NCBI GenBank assembly: GCA_032718475.1
Contig: JAUCBJ010003514.1
Location: 1-64,000 of the forward strand
Reading direction: 5' to 3'
Origin: Nemertoderma westbladi
Taxonomy: Eukaryota > Animalia > Xenacoelomorpha
Length of the DNA: 64,000 nucleotides
Numbering within the stretch: position 1 is the stretch's first letter; each line of letters opens with the position of its first letter. Below are positions 35,201-46,764 of the stretch, piece after piece. The translations under genes were made by a program, and so were the position numbers. The notes under the pieces are model-generated. The model was not told where the DNA came from. It searched no databases and saw only the letters and a list, made by a program, of their open reading frames with translations.

Positions 35201-38200
35201 GCTGCTCGTATGGGTCCTCCCCATCGCCCATCTCTGGTTTCTCCTCTGTTCCTCCATCCTCCATTTCTCTCATTGTGCCTGCGAACATGCACCCTGAGGA
35301 TTCTGACACGCTGAACGGAATTCTAGACTTGATTGGGCCGCTGAGTGTCCATCCAAATGGTGTGAGAATCGCCATCGGGCCTCTCCCCCCATCATCTCCG
35401 AGCACGGCCGTTCTCCCGTGGGCCGTCAGGCAGTCCATTCCGATTATGAAAGATACTTTCAGGACGTCCAGTTCGGGCACGGAGAAATCGATGTTGTCCA
35501 GGTACTGGTATTGTTCGACCTCGATCTTGGTGGGTTGCATGGCATTAATATTAATCGATTCTATTATTTGAATGGGATCGATGGTCGTCCCATAATTGCA
35601 CCCTGGTGTTATCCCTGATATTTTACAACACCCCATTCTCATCTTCAAGACCTCGTCTTTACTTGAGATAGAGGTTACCGCCATCTTGCTTGGCCTCATT
35701 CGTAACCCTATCTTTTCGGCCACCCAGCCCTCCTTTAGCATGAACGCTGCTCCACTATCGATCAACATTAATGTTGTGACCGATAGCTCGCCCTCTCCTG
35801 TTTTTCTCACTAGTACTACTTCGAGTAATACCGTCCTCTTCCTCTTTGCTCCCATCGTGCTCGTTGCCATGTTTTGGCCTCCAGTCTCATCAGTCTCCGG
35901 GCCGTGTTTTACATTTTTTCTTTACTTTCTTTGCATTCTTCGAATCTGTGTCCTCCTACCTCGCAGCGATGGAATAGTCCATTCTTATCAGCGTAGGCTA
36001 TCCGATCTTGTTTGAGTAACGCCTGCCAATGCTTACAGTCCATGGTCTCATGGGTTCCATCTCTATGCAATTCACATTTGTATCCTGGATTGTAGCATTC
36101 CTTGTATAGCCCTTCACGTATTGCGCGTAGATTCATATCTACTGGTTTAGTGTTTTGGTTATTTGGACTCGGCCTACTGGGGGTATTGGGATTATATTTG
36201 TTCATGTTGTTATTTTGTCCCTGTTCATGCCACGGTGTGGCCCTACTTCCAGCTGCCTGAGGACTACAAGTCCCCTGCGTGGCTGCATGTGGTAGCGACT
36301 GTCTCACTCTCGGGAATGCATCCACCGTATTATGTTCGGGTTTAGGCCTGTTGTATTTGGCTCTCAGTGCCCTCCCCAGACTATCCTCGCTGTAGACTGG
36401 GTCTGTAATTAGTTCCGCCTCATAGTTAAGGAAGTTCGACATCTCCTCTAGCCCTGGCTCCGCAGCCTTCTTCTCTCTGGTGGAAAAGGCGATCTTTCTC
36501 CACTTATTCCTCAGCCAGATCGGTAGTGCCTGCGCTATTGTAGTGATGTTATTCGATGCGTTGAGTTCGTAAGGTGCATCTAGGGTCTTTAGCACAATCA
36601 GCGCCTTTTCGACTTTATTCGCAAAGGTCTTGATGCTGACAGGGTATCCTGTAGTCCACCTGATGTTATTCCCCTTAAGGTTTGTCGGATGATCTTAGCA
36701 GGATGCCCGAATTCCCTGTCTAGGGCCTGCCATGCAGTCGTGAATCCACCTTCGATACCTTGGTACTGCCTTACAATGTTGTATGCTGGCCCCCCCCATG
36801 TAAACTTGTAAGTATTTTAGGCACTCCGCCTGCGTCAGGTTCTTTGTTAATATTTCGTTACTGTACATGCGCCGGAATTGCAAGTATTCCCCCAGCCTAC
36901 TACCATCAAATTTGAACGGCTCCACTGGTGGTAGCTCGATCCTGGTCTTAAGCGCGTCGATGAGTGTTGCCATTCCCATTGCTTGTACTTCTAGCGCGCT
37001 AGATGGTTGTGGTGTAGACTCCCCTGCTGTTGGGTGCAGTTTGCCCATCGGGCCTGTCGACTTTCTTTGCATTGTATATATCATCGGGGGTAACGGTCCT
37101 CTCCATATCTCTGTATCACACGACTTATTTGGGTCTGAGGGGTTTGGGGTTTTTGTTCTTGGTTGAGTGTATTGCTGATATTGCAATGGGGGGATGTCAC
37201 CCTGCCCCCCCCCCCCCCCCCCCCCCCCACCGGTGTTATATTTGGTACTGGGGTTGATGTTACCATGTTAGGGCCCATGCATCTATCGGCAATAGCTCCC
37301 CCCCCCCTCCCCTGGGTATATATTATATCCTTGCATATTATAGTTATACTGGTGTGCAGGTACCGGTATAGGCCTATCCACTTCTTGCCTACCTACCGGT
37401 ATGTATGCCACGACTTCCGGGTCAAATCCCATTGTCCGCGCTACCCTATCACCTACACTATCTCTCCCAGCATGGCCTATAGTATGTGCAGTAAGGCCTA
37501 CAGTATCTCCTGCAGTCAGCCTGTGTCCTTCTGGACCGAAGTTTAATCTTCTCGAATATTCCAAGAAGTCCTCCCTGCGACTACCATATTCTCGATCGGC
37601 AGCTACGTTCAGTCAGGAAGTTTCTCTTCGATCCCCTCTCCTGTCCTCGTCCTCGCACCGGTACATCCTGTACCCTTCTCCCGGTGTGTGGTATATCTCA
37701 CCAGGTTGTGTCTCTCCGGGGCGACGGCAATCTCCCGGAGTTTGACCCCACCAGCTCTCTAACTCCATCTCGACTACCGACGGTTCACTGTCCGTCCTTC
37801 CTCTCCGGTTGCTCGTAGCAATGCTCCTTCTATTCTCTTCACTTTGTCTCACTTCAGTGCAGTGATCCTCCTCGTGAGATCTCGCTTCGACCTCCCGGAT
37901 AAACTCCACTGTTCATCTTCCGTCTTCTGACTGGGCTCGACGTCTTCTCGCTTGCCCGCTCATGGCGCCAACGTCTCTCTCTCTCTGCCCAGTTGGACAG
38001 TCCTGGGGATACTCGCAATCCCCCCACTATTCTCTGTCGTCGGGTGCCGCGGTTCACCTAACTCGCCGCACGCATTGTCTGCCGACGCTTGTGGGACATT
38101 CTCTGCCCCCCCCCCCCCCCTCCTCTCGGCACTAATCTCTCATGGTGGGGTGCTCGTAGCCCCCCCCCCCCTCATCCGCCACCTCCCACTTTGCTTCTAT

Positions 38201-38995
38201 GCCCCTCTCTAGTCGACGCACTATCTCTACCCTCGCTGGGTCTATTCACCCCCGCCTCTCCCTGTGCAACTGTGTGGCCTTGCAGGCTCCCATTGGGTTG
38301 ACTCAACCCCGCTAATCCCTGTGCAACTACGTTGCCTTGCAGGCTCTCGTTGGGTTGACTCACCCCCGCTACTCCCTGTGCAACTGCGTGGCCTTGCAGG
38401 CTCTCGTTCGCCGGGCCACCTGTCCCCCTTACATTTGTATTAATTGCACCGTTATTAGTAATATTATTTTGATTAATTTCCTCGGGGTTATTTAACGTAT
38501 TATTGTTACCTAAATTATTATTTAAATTATTTAAATTATTTTGCTCAGAATTAGGGTTGTTATTTGGATTATTTTGCACATTTAAATTAGGGTTATTATT
38601 TGGATAATTTTGCACATTTAAATTAGAATTATTATTTGGATTATTTGCACATTTAAATTAGAATTATCATTACCAGGTAAAATATTATTTCCTGCGAGAA
38701 AGGTTTGATTGGGGTTGTCTATTACGGTACTATTAATATTAACTCCCTCTAACGTATTATTATTATTACCCCCCTCGCCCGTACGGTTACACCAGACCTG
38801 GGTCTGTCATCCGGTACCTGTAAGTGGGGTATTAACAAAGGTTTCCATTACCTCTGGTTCCTCGTAAATACTACCCAAACCAGCCTCACTCTCCGATAAT
38901 CCCAACTTTGCCAGTTCTAACCGGCGCTTTTGCTTCGCTTGGTATTGCATAAGCCCCCTCAACCAGGTATGCATATCATCCCGCATACGCTTTCC

Positions 38996-39044
<49 letters not shown>

Positions 39045-40725
39045 CCTCATACTTTGGTTGGCCAATTCTACCTCCCTCGCCTCCCGCTCTCTACGCTTGT
39101 TCACTTCTCTTGCCTCTCACTCTCTACGCTTATTCGTTTCCCTCTCTACCCTCGCTGCCTCTTTCGCTTCTCGCTCTTTGCGCTCGTTTTCTACTCTTGT
39201 CTCCCGCTCCCTGTGCTCGATTTCTACTCTCGTCTCCCGCTCCCTGCGCTCGTTTTCTACTCTCGCCTCCCGCTCCTAGTGCTCGTTTATCTCTCTCTCC
39301 TCCCGCTCCCTATAGTTTCTCGCCACCCTCTCAGCCCTCTCTTTACACTCTCTCGCTAATTCCCTCTCCCTCTCTAATCGTGCAGTTCCCTCGTCTAACT
39401 GCCTCTCCAATTCCTTTTGATCCAGCGCCACAATGTATAGTTGACACACCAGATCTATCTCTAACACCCTTCTTGCTTTTGCGGAGGATGTAGCGGACTT
39501 ATCGGCCGCGATGGACTCCCGTCGCCTCTCTGTCCTACTAACTTTCCCCCGTTTACTGGGGTTCTTACTAACCGACGACACCGAATCCTCGGGGTTAACC
39601 TCGGATTCGCCGTCGTGCAGGTCCGCCCATCCCACTAACTTAATTCCCCTAGCATCCACTAAGTAAGGCCCTACGTACACTACATCTGGCTCCATTACCT
39701 CAGACCGCCACAATTCAAACAGTTCTGTGGCGACCCCCCTCGCTCTCTCACTCGCCTGTTCTCCCTGTCCAAAATGGACTAAGTAATGGAAATGTTTATT
39801 CGACTCACCTAGCCTCTGGTATAGTTTAGGCTGGTCTACCTTTCTCCCCTCCTTAGCCTCTTTGAGTAGTTTCTTTGTGGCGTTGTACGCACGTTGTAGG
39901 CGATCACTCGTCCCGACATCCTCTTCGTTGACTCTACCTTCCCTCCTCATCCGGCGTCATACCGGCGGCCCCACCGTTGCCATTCCAGTGGGCCGTTCAT
40001 CGCCCTCGGCCTGTTGCTGGCCGGCAACTTCGGTACTCCTACTGCCGTCATTGTCGCGCGTCGACTCGTTGTTATCTTTCCCTCCTCATAGTTGACGGCT
40101 GCCCTCCACTTGGGTAGTCGGATCGTCCCTCGTTGGCAAATCCGAGGTGGCAGGCCGGTACTGTCTCGTCGCGGCCTCTCCGATCGTTTGGTTGGTGTCA
40201 TCCGGTGTCCGCGGCAGCGTTCTTTCTCCCTCTGACTCTCAGGGCATTTGGTTCCTTCCACTCATCTTGTTCTTTGATGATTCTGGGTTGCGGTCACAGT
40301 CCTAGTTGTAGGTTGGAAAGTTTTCAACTGTGACGGGATCTGAGATCCCGACTGGGTAAGATTTATACGCGTCACCTGACTGTTGGTCTGCTGGGCTAGT
40401 GTTCTTTTGGCCGAAGGCCGTTGGGGAAAAATAACAGAGTTTGTGTTTCTCAATGTTAATGTTCCAACGATAATAGCACAGAATCAGTCACAGTATATGA
40501 TCGGTAAATCACTAATACAGAATAACAACAGCAGTGTACTGTGTATAGTGATGACGGTTGAAAACTATAACCGGTCTGCAACACTGTGATTAATGAACTG
40601 ACCGGTAAATCAGTAATACAGGGTAACTATATGATTGATACACATAGATATTGGGTATATGATGGGTAAAATGCCACTGGTCCCATTTTCGGGTGGGTAA
40701 TGTAAGGGAATTGAATCCGCTTACA
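32242..40725 (-). mobile_element. Non-autonomous BEL/Pao-derived LTR element: LTRs 40329-40725 and 32242-32912, decayed gag plus protease, no RT or integrase seen
   Basis: Both LTRs start tgtgacgg..gagatcccgac and end gaatccgcttaca. Poly-G PPT at 32913-32932, TTAA flanks. Gag ELPPVEPFKFDG, LPIWLRNKW, CELH...H...C; protease LIDSGA, LTPFGWTLSGP. Confidence 0.88.
33890..34320. repeat. 96-bp tandem repeat (~4.5 copies) inside the LTR element
   Basis: ggcgctctcggtgcccacaa... recurs at 33987, 34083 and 34179. Confidence 0.92.
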
Positions 40726-40928
40726 TTAAATATTATTTTTAGTTTAATCGTGTTAGGTATAGGTTTAAATTTATTACATCATTATATTGGATATTATACG
40801 AGTCCTATGGGCTCAATCAATCAAAAACAGTACTTAAACCACCAAAAGTTAATTACTTTCTAGTGTATTCGGCGTATTCCCAGAACAGCTGATGTGAATC
40901 AACTACATTCACTATATTATTGTGTTAT

Positions 40929-42450
40929 GGCAGTGATTTTTTATGTCAATTTATTTGACTTTTTTTGTCAATTTTTTTTTACGAATTATGCATAATGACT
41001 TTTGTTGTCCATTTAATGACTTTTATTGTCAATTTTTATGTATGTATTTCTTCAAACTGTCAGACTGCTGATTTCTGGACTGTCAGACAGTTGATTTCAC
41101 TATGCCTGTGCCAAAACATTCCATGATTCCATGATTTATAGATTATGAGATAGATTTCCATATGCGCCTGTGGTAAAAAGACTCTATATTTAATAGTTTG
41201 TGGTTGTTGTCGATAATCGATTACCACATGACGTAGCAAAACACTCATTTTATAGCCAAAAACAATTACCAATTGATGGAAAGGAGCAGGTTAAGGCCGA
41301 GTTTTCTAACCAAAACAATAAACAGTCACTTTACCAAATCAGGGAAAGGAGCAGGTTACAGAGACGGGATTTTCTAACCAAAACAATAAACGATCACTTA
41401 ACTAATTGAGGGAAAGGAGCAGGTTACAGAGGCGGGATTTTCTAACCAAAACAATAAACGATCACTTAACTTATTGAGGGAAAGGAGCAGGTTACAGAGG
41501 CGGGATTTCCTAACCAAAACAATAAACGATAACATTACCAATTGAGGGAAAGGGGCAGGTTACAGAGGCGGGATTTTCTAACCAAAACAATAAACGATCA
41601 TTTAACAAATTGACGGAAAGGAGCAGGTTACAGAGACGGGATTTTCTAACCGAAACAATAAACGATAACATTACCAATTGAGAGAAAGGAGCAGGTTACA
41701 GAGACGGGATTTTCTAACCAAAACAATAAACGATAACATTACCAATTGAGAGAAAGGAGCAGGTTACAGAGGCGGGATTTTCTAACCAAAACAATAAACG
41801 ATAACATTACCAATTGAGGGAAAGGAGCAGGTTACAGAGGCGGGATTATCTAACCAAAACAATAAACGATCATTTAGCTAATTGAGGGAAAGGGGCAGAT
41901 TACAGAGGCGGGATTTTCTAACCAAACTGTCAACGTCTGAGAATGTACGAATCCGTATATACCCTTTATTGGACGAACCTCTTGGCCGTCCGACCCTTTG
42001 GGCTAAAAACGGGTCGTTGTTTTCGCTATCATTGTGACTACCGGTAACAAACGGTAACGGGGTATAACATGTATAAGTAGTTTTTTCGAGTACGGATGAG
42101 TTTATGAACTGATCTGTGCTGTTGGAAGTAGTGGTGCCGCTATCCGTAACACTACTCAGACAGTAGTCATGATCCATTATTGATTATAAAACTATTACAG
42201 TAATAGGCCTAAATTATGTGAAAGATATATCCACATTTTCCACAATCCAGTTTCGCCTATCAATTATTTAAAATTTATTAGCACAACCGGTAGGCCTACC
42301 ATTACCGTATTTAAATGGTAGGCTACACAGTAGGCCTATAGCAGTACCAGTGCCGGTACCGGTACTAAAATACAGAATAACATTAGACTTTTGGATGACA
42401 TAAAAAATCAAAAAAAATTGACAAAAAAAGGATAAAAATGGACAATAAAA
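40929..42450. mobile_element. Possible foldback/MULE-like non-autonomous element enclosing the 68-bp repeat
   Basis: Inverted blocks gattttttatgtca / tgacataaaaaatc and ttttttgtcaattttttt / aaaaaaattgacaaaaaa, with ttattgtgttat on both flanks. Confidence 0.35.
41273..41925. repeat. 68-bp tandem repeat (~9.5 copies)
   Basis: ggaaaggagcaggttacagaggcgggattttctaaccaaaacaataaacgat... with period 68. Confidence 0.95.
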
Positions 42451-43038
42451 ATTATTGTGTTATTATATACAATACCTACCTACAGTATATTATATTAGCA
42501 ACATTATGTATATTTGATTTTCAATTTCATTTTATATTTCTAAATACAGATTTTCTTATGTTTTCCAATACAAATATCAAATTTTTTAAAACGAGACGCG
42601 CTTTCTCATTTTTCCCATTTCTGAACAAAACTATAATATTATATCTATATTTCTAAATACAGATTTTCATATATTTTCCTATAGAAATATTAAATTTTTT
42701 AAATGAATAATTTTTTCCGGAGGCCTATTCATTAAATAGTTACTGTAATTTACAGTATTATTTTTAAAAACTTAAACATATTGTATTATTTCTATATTCT
42801 AGAATAATTGTAAAATCTAAAATTGAAAATATCAACGGACAAATATCGTTTAAAAAACGTAAATAAAAAGTCGAAATCGATGGAGATAATGAGTGATTTA
42901 AGCAGATAATAAAATGTAACCTTGAAGTTAACTAAATACTATAGTTACAATTTATTGTCCTTCTTGTGTTGGCGCTGAATAATTTAATATTTCATACCAG
43001 AAATAATATATTTTCTAAATAAATAATTATTTTTATAG

Positions 43039-43309
43039 GCTGAAATGCGCCGCACCTGCGGATGATGGTTCTGATTGCGCATTCTCTAACGCTGCTTCAG
43101 GCGGGGGAAGTGAAGCGGCGAATTTCGAGAGTGTCGGAGGAAAGTGTTCCTGCAGAGATGCCGCGAAAACCCCCAAGTATTCCAACAGCGCGGAGGGGTT
43201 GGCTGAAGGGCGATACAAGTGTGAGGATGAAAGTAGTGGGGATGCTGGTAGCATCAGTAGGATGAGTTGCTGGATGGTGTTGGCCATTCTCATCTTGGTG
43301 TTTGTCTAG
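43039..43309 (+). CDS. Terminal exon C of the Cys-rich gene (third module plus GPI-anchor-like C-terminus)
   Basis: Acceptor ttttatag|G completes CA|G (Gln) from exon B. Reads LKCAAPADDGSDC...GGKCSC...RYKCEDESSGDAGSISRMSCWMVLAILILVFV-stop. AATAAA at 43417. Confidence 0.8.
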
Positions 43310-45786
43310 ACACGATCACATACACTTATGTACAGTAGTAGGCCTACATCATATGTAAATACTGTAGAAACTTTTGCACACACAGTCGGGTGAGTGAGGG
43401 AGACGGATTTTTTTTTAATAAACACGTTTTGAATAACACAAAACTATTGTAAATTATTTGACAATACCACACAAAAATTTTCAAAATACTTCGGCAGCTC
43501 CAAATAAAAACCCAGTAAGTACATTTTTTGACTTTTCGCGATAATCGCGTTTAAAGTTTTTGGACTTTAAACAACTGGCATTTGGTTAAAATTTAATTTG
43601 ATGAGTTATACTTTTGTGTACCTTTACAAATTGTACATATATACACCATGACCAGTAATATAGTGTTATTTTCTGACGACACGGACCCCCCCCCCCCAAA
43701 TTTTTCTACAAATCTTTATCATATCGCTTGAAATTTGAAACACAACTACAGTAGGGGTCTCAAAGTGCATCTGTTCTTTGAGATTTTCTCAAAGATTTTC
43801 TAAAAGTGTCTAAAAGTCATTACATTACTCCCAACGGCCGCTTTGAATTCTTGTAGACACTTTTAGTTGGTAATCTCAAAGTGATTTCCTGCTTTTAGGC
43901 ACTTTGAATTCTTTGAGAAATGTCACTTTGAGGTAGTTTGCGGCACTTTGAATTCTTTGCGAAAATAAACTCCGAGGTATTGACAACTCGTGGTATGTCA
44001 ACAGATGCAGAGGCATTCTCGGGGAACAATATCATGCAGACAACAAAGTGATACTTGTGGGCTGGCCAGTTGTTGCCTAGAAGCTATTCCCATTAATTTA
44101 TCACATTGAGGTTCCTGGGGTCATTACGGGATGGGTTTTCGGTCGCAAGTACAAATTGAATTTACGGCGCCCTTTGACAAGCATTCTACCCCCCCCCCCC
44201 CCACCCACCATTCCCTTGGAAATAAAAACCTTTTATAAATGTCTTTCTAAAAAAACATTCTTAAAAATCAAATAATGCATGAAACATAATTAGTGAAACA
44301 AGATTAATGCTTGACAAGAAAAATTAATTTAATAATAACATAAAACATTATAAAATTAACAATTAATATAAGAGAAACTGCACTGCAGTTTCTCTGTGTA
44401 TACGCAGTTTCATTATAATGTCCTGAAGAAGCCCTGTTGGGAGAAAGTTATAATAACTTTCATTATTCACCTGAGGTCAACCATATGACTCTCTAGGCCA
44501 CTGATGTTAGGACAAAGTCAGAAAGTCAGAATGTCCGAATGAATGAATTCTGAATGAATGAATTCTCAGAATTTTCCGCATTGCGTCATTTCTCATAGGC
44601 CACTGTCAACAGAGGAAGGGAGATCGCTCTGATTGGCTGAAATATATGTCAACAAAGCAGATTCCTCACACAAAGGAACAGCTGGTAGATTTTGTCATTC
44701 TAACTCTGAGATTTTTGACAGACATGTAGTTGTACAATTATAAGCCTTTTAGAGTATTTAGCGCATTGCGCAAAATGACTTATTTTGTCCGCAAAAGCTT
44801 TTACAGGTGCCTCAGATGGCGGTACACATCAATTGAATTACAGTAAAACAATTAAAATGCACCAGGATTGAAAATTATACATGATATTTATTATGAAAAA
44901 GTGCCTTACCGCTTTAAATTGGATGGCGGTTTTAATGAACTGTTAATAATTTTGTCCTTGTAAGGAGAACTATTTGAACGACCACCTAAATTGGTATAAA
45001 ATTTGGGATAATAATTTAACAAATTAATTATCGTATTTTTTGCTTTTTCTCTGCTCTACTACAGTATCATTTCACCTCTTATGGATTTTTGTACGAATTT
45101 ACAAAAATGGGAATGGGGGTTCATGGCTCCCACCTGTAGCCGTCAAGTCTCACCCCCCATTGAAGGTTTTTTTCGTTTTTTTCGTTTTCACGCTTTTTCG
45201 TAAATACGAATTATTGGTTTTAAGGGGGGGGGGGGGGGGGGGGGGGCTTACACCATTTTCGAACAACTCTTCGATTTATCACTCTCAGCGTTTCAAAATT
45301 GTTTGGTTTTGGCTAAAATTTTGAATATAGGTGTCTGAGATGCATTCTACATGACAGGTCAGAAAAGTTTTTTTTTCGCTATTTAAGATTAGTTAATACT
45401 AGTTAACAATAAAAAAAACTTAGTTGCGCTTAAAACACTAAGGCTTTTACAGTTTTGAATCTAATCACTTGAAAGTTTTTTTATATGATATATCAAAGAT
45501 GGGGCAACATAACTATCAGGCGAAATTTTGTGAAAATAATTCTGCACCGCTAGGTGGCGCTGCAAATTTATGCAAATTTTTAGGTTTGTTATAAATAGTA
45601 TTAAATTTTATTAACAAGAAATTTCGAAAAGTTGTCAGAAACTTTTATGCAGGGTGGCTATTTAGACACCCACAGAAAGTTTCAGACTAATTGCTCAAAA
45701 ATTGTAGAAGTAGTAGGATTTTGAAGTTGACAATTTCATAAAAAAAACGTCTAACAAAGGTTGCCAAGGATTTTGAAAAGCTAGAA

Positions 45787-46749
45787 TTGCGACTGGATGA
45801 TAAATTACTTCAATTCGAAGAAGAAGTTGAGCACCTTCGTATGCAATCGATTAGACAGGAGCAAGTAATTGGAGATAATAATCAAAAGGCTCATACGAGG
45901 ATAAATGAGTTGCGAGATGTTATTGGAAGTAAAGCAGAGGAAAGTCAAAAGAAGATAGATGATCTTGAAACTGAAGTAATGAATGTTAAGGACTGCACCA
46001 ACAAGTATAATGTCAGTAGTCAACCGGAAGAAGTCAATGGTGGCCAATGGACCAAGGTATCATATTCTGCGAAGGTAAAAACACCTCGAAATAGTAATGG
46101 TACGAATATCGCCATTCTCTCGAAACAAATAAAATTAGAGGAGGAGGAACATAACAAACGCAAAACGAATGTTGTCGTTAAGGGATTGAGAGGTCACGAT
46201 GACAAGGCACAAGTTATTGACATTGCTGCATATCTGGACATCCAATTATCCAAAGAAGAAATAACGACTAAGCGTGTATCCAAACAGCCATTGTCTAACC
46301 AACAAAGTAAACTGCTGATAGTAACTGTTCCACGGGAGAAAAGATCATCTCTCTTAAGGAAAGCTCGAGAATTGCGTCACTCTGATAGATATGACAATAT
46401 ATATATTACACCGGACTATACCCCAGAAGAAAGTAGATCACAGTTCGAGTTACGTGAGGAACGGCGGCGACTAATGGTTGCGTACCCAGATAAATACTGG
46501 GTAATAAATAAAGGGTCGGTAGTAGAGAGTCCACGGAGCACAATTCATAGGAGTAAGTCTGTTATGGTCAAACCGTCAAATGGTCCGGCAGATATCACTA
46601 CTCCGTCATCGCAGGCTGACCACGACGCGACAACAACAGCTCACCAAATAGTTGATCTCACCAACCCCTCTCCAAACGCCCACTCAAATAGTGAACAGCA
46701 ATCTCGCACTCGGCAGAGCTTTGAGGACCTAGTTACAAAGACTGATTGA
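45787..46749 (+). CDS. LINE ORF1 (coiled-coil plus RRM-like RNA-binding protein), N-terminus missing
   Basis: Heptad-rich N-terminal part; KRKTNVVVKGL and IYITPDYTPEE motifs of CR1/L2-group ORF1. Confidence 0.8.
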   Translation: MRLDDKLLQFEEEVEHLRMQSIRQEQVIGDNNQKAHTRINELRDVIGSKAEESQKKIDDLETEVMNVKDCTNKYNVSSQPEEVNGGQWTKVSYSAKVKTPRNSNGTNIAILSKQIKLEEEEHNKRKTNVVVKGLRGHDDKAQVIDIAAYLDIQLSKEEITTKRVSKQPLSNQQSKLLIVTVPREKRSSLLRKARELRHSDRYDNIYITPDYTPEESRSQFELREERRRLMVAYPDKYWVINKGSVVESPRSTIHRSKSVMVKPSNGPADITTPSSQADHDATTTAHQIVDLTNPSPNAHSNSEQQSRTRQSFEDLVTKTD

Positions 46750-46764
46750 CAACCAACCATCCCG

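Noticed and set aside
43033-43293. ORF-track ORFs 43033-43293 (-) and 43062-43265 (+)
   Set aside because: Shadow frames of exon C, which uses a different plus frame with Cys spacing and phase matching exon B.
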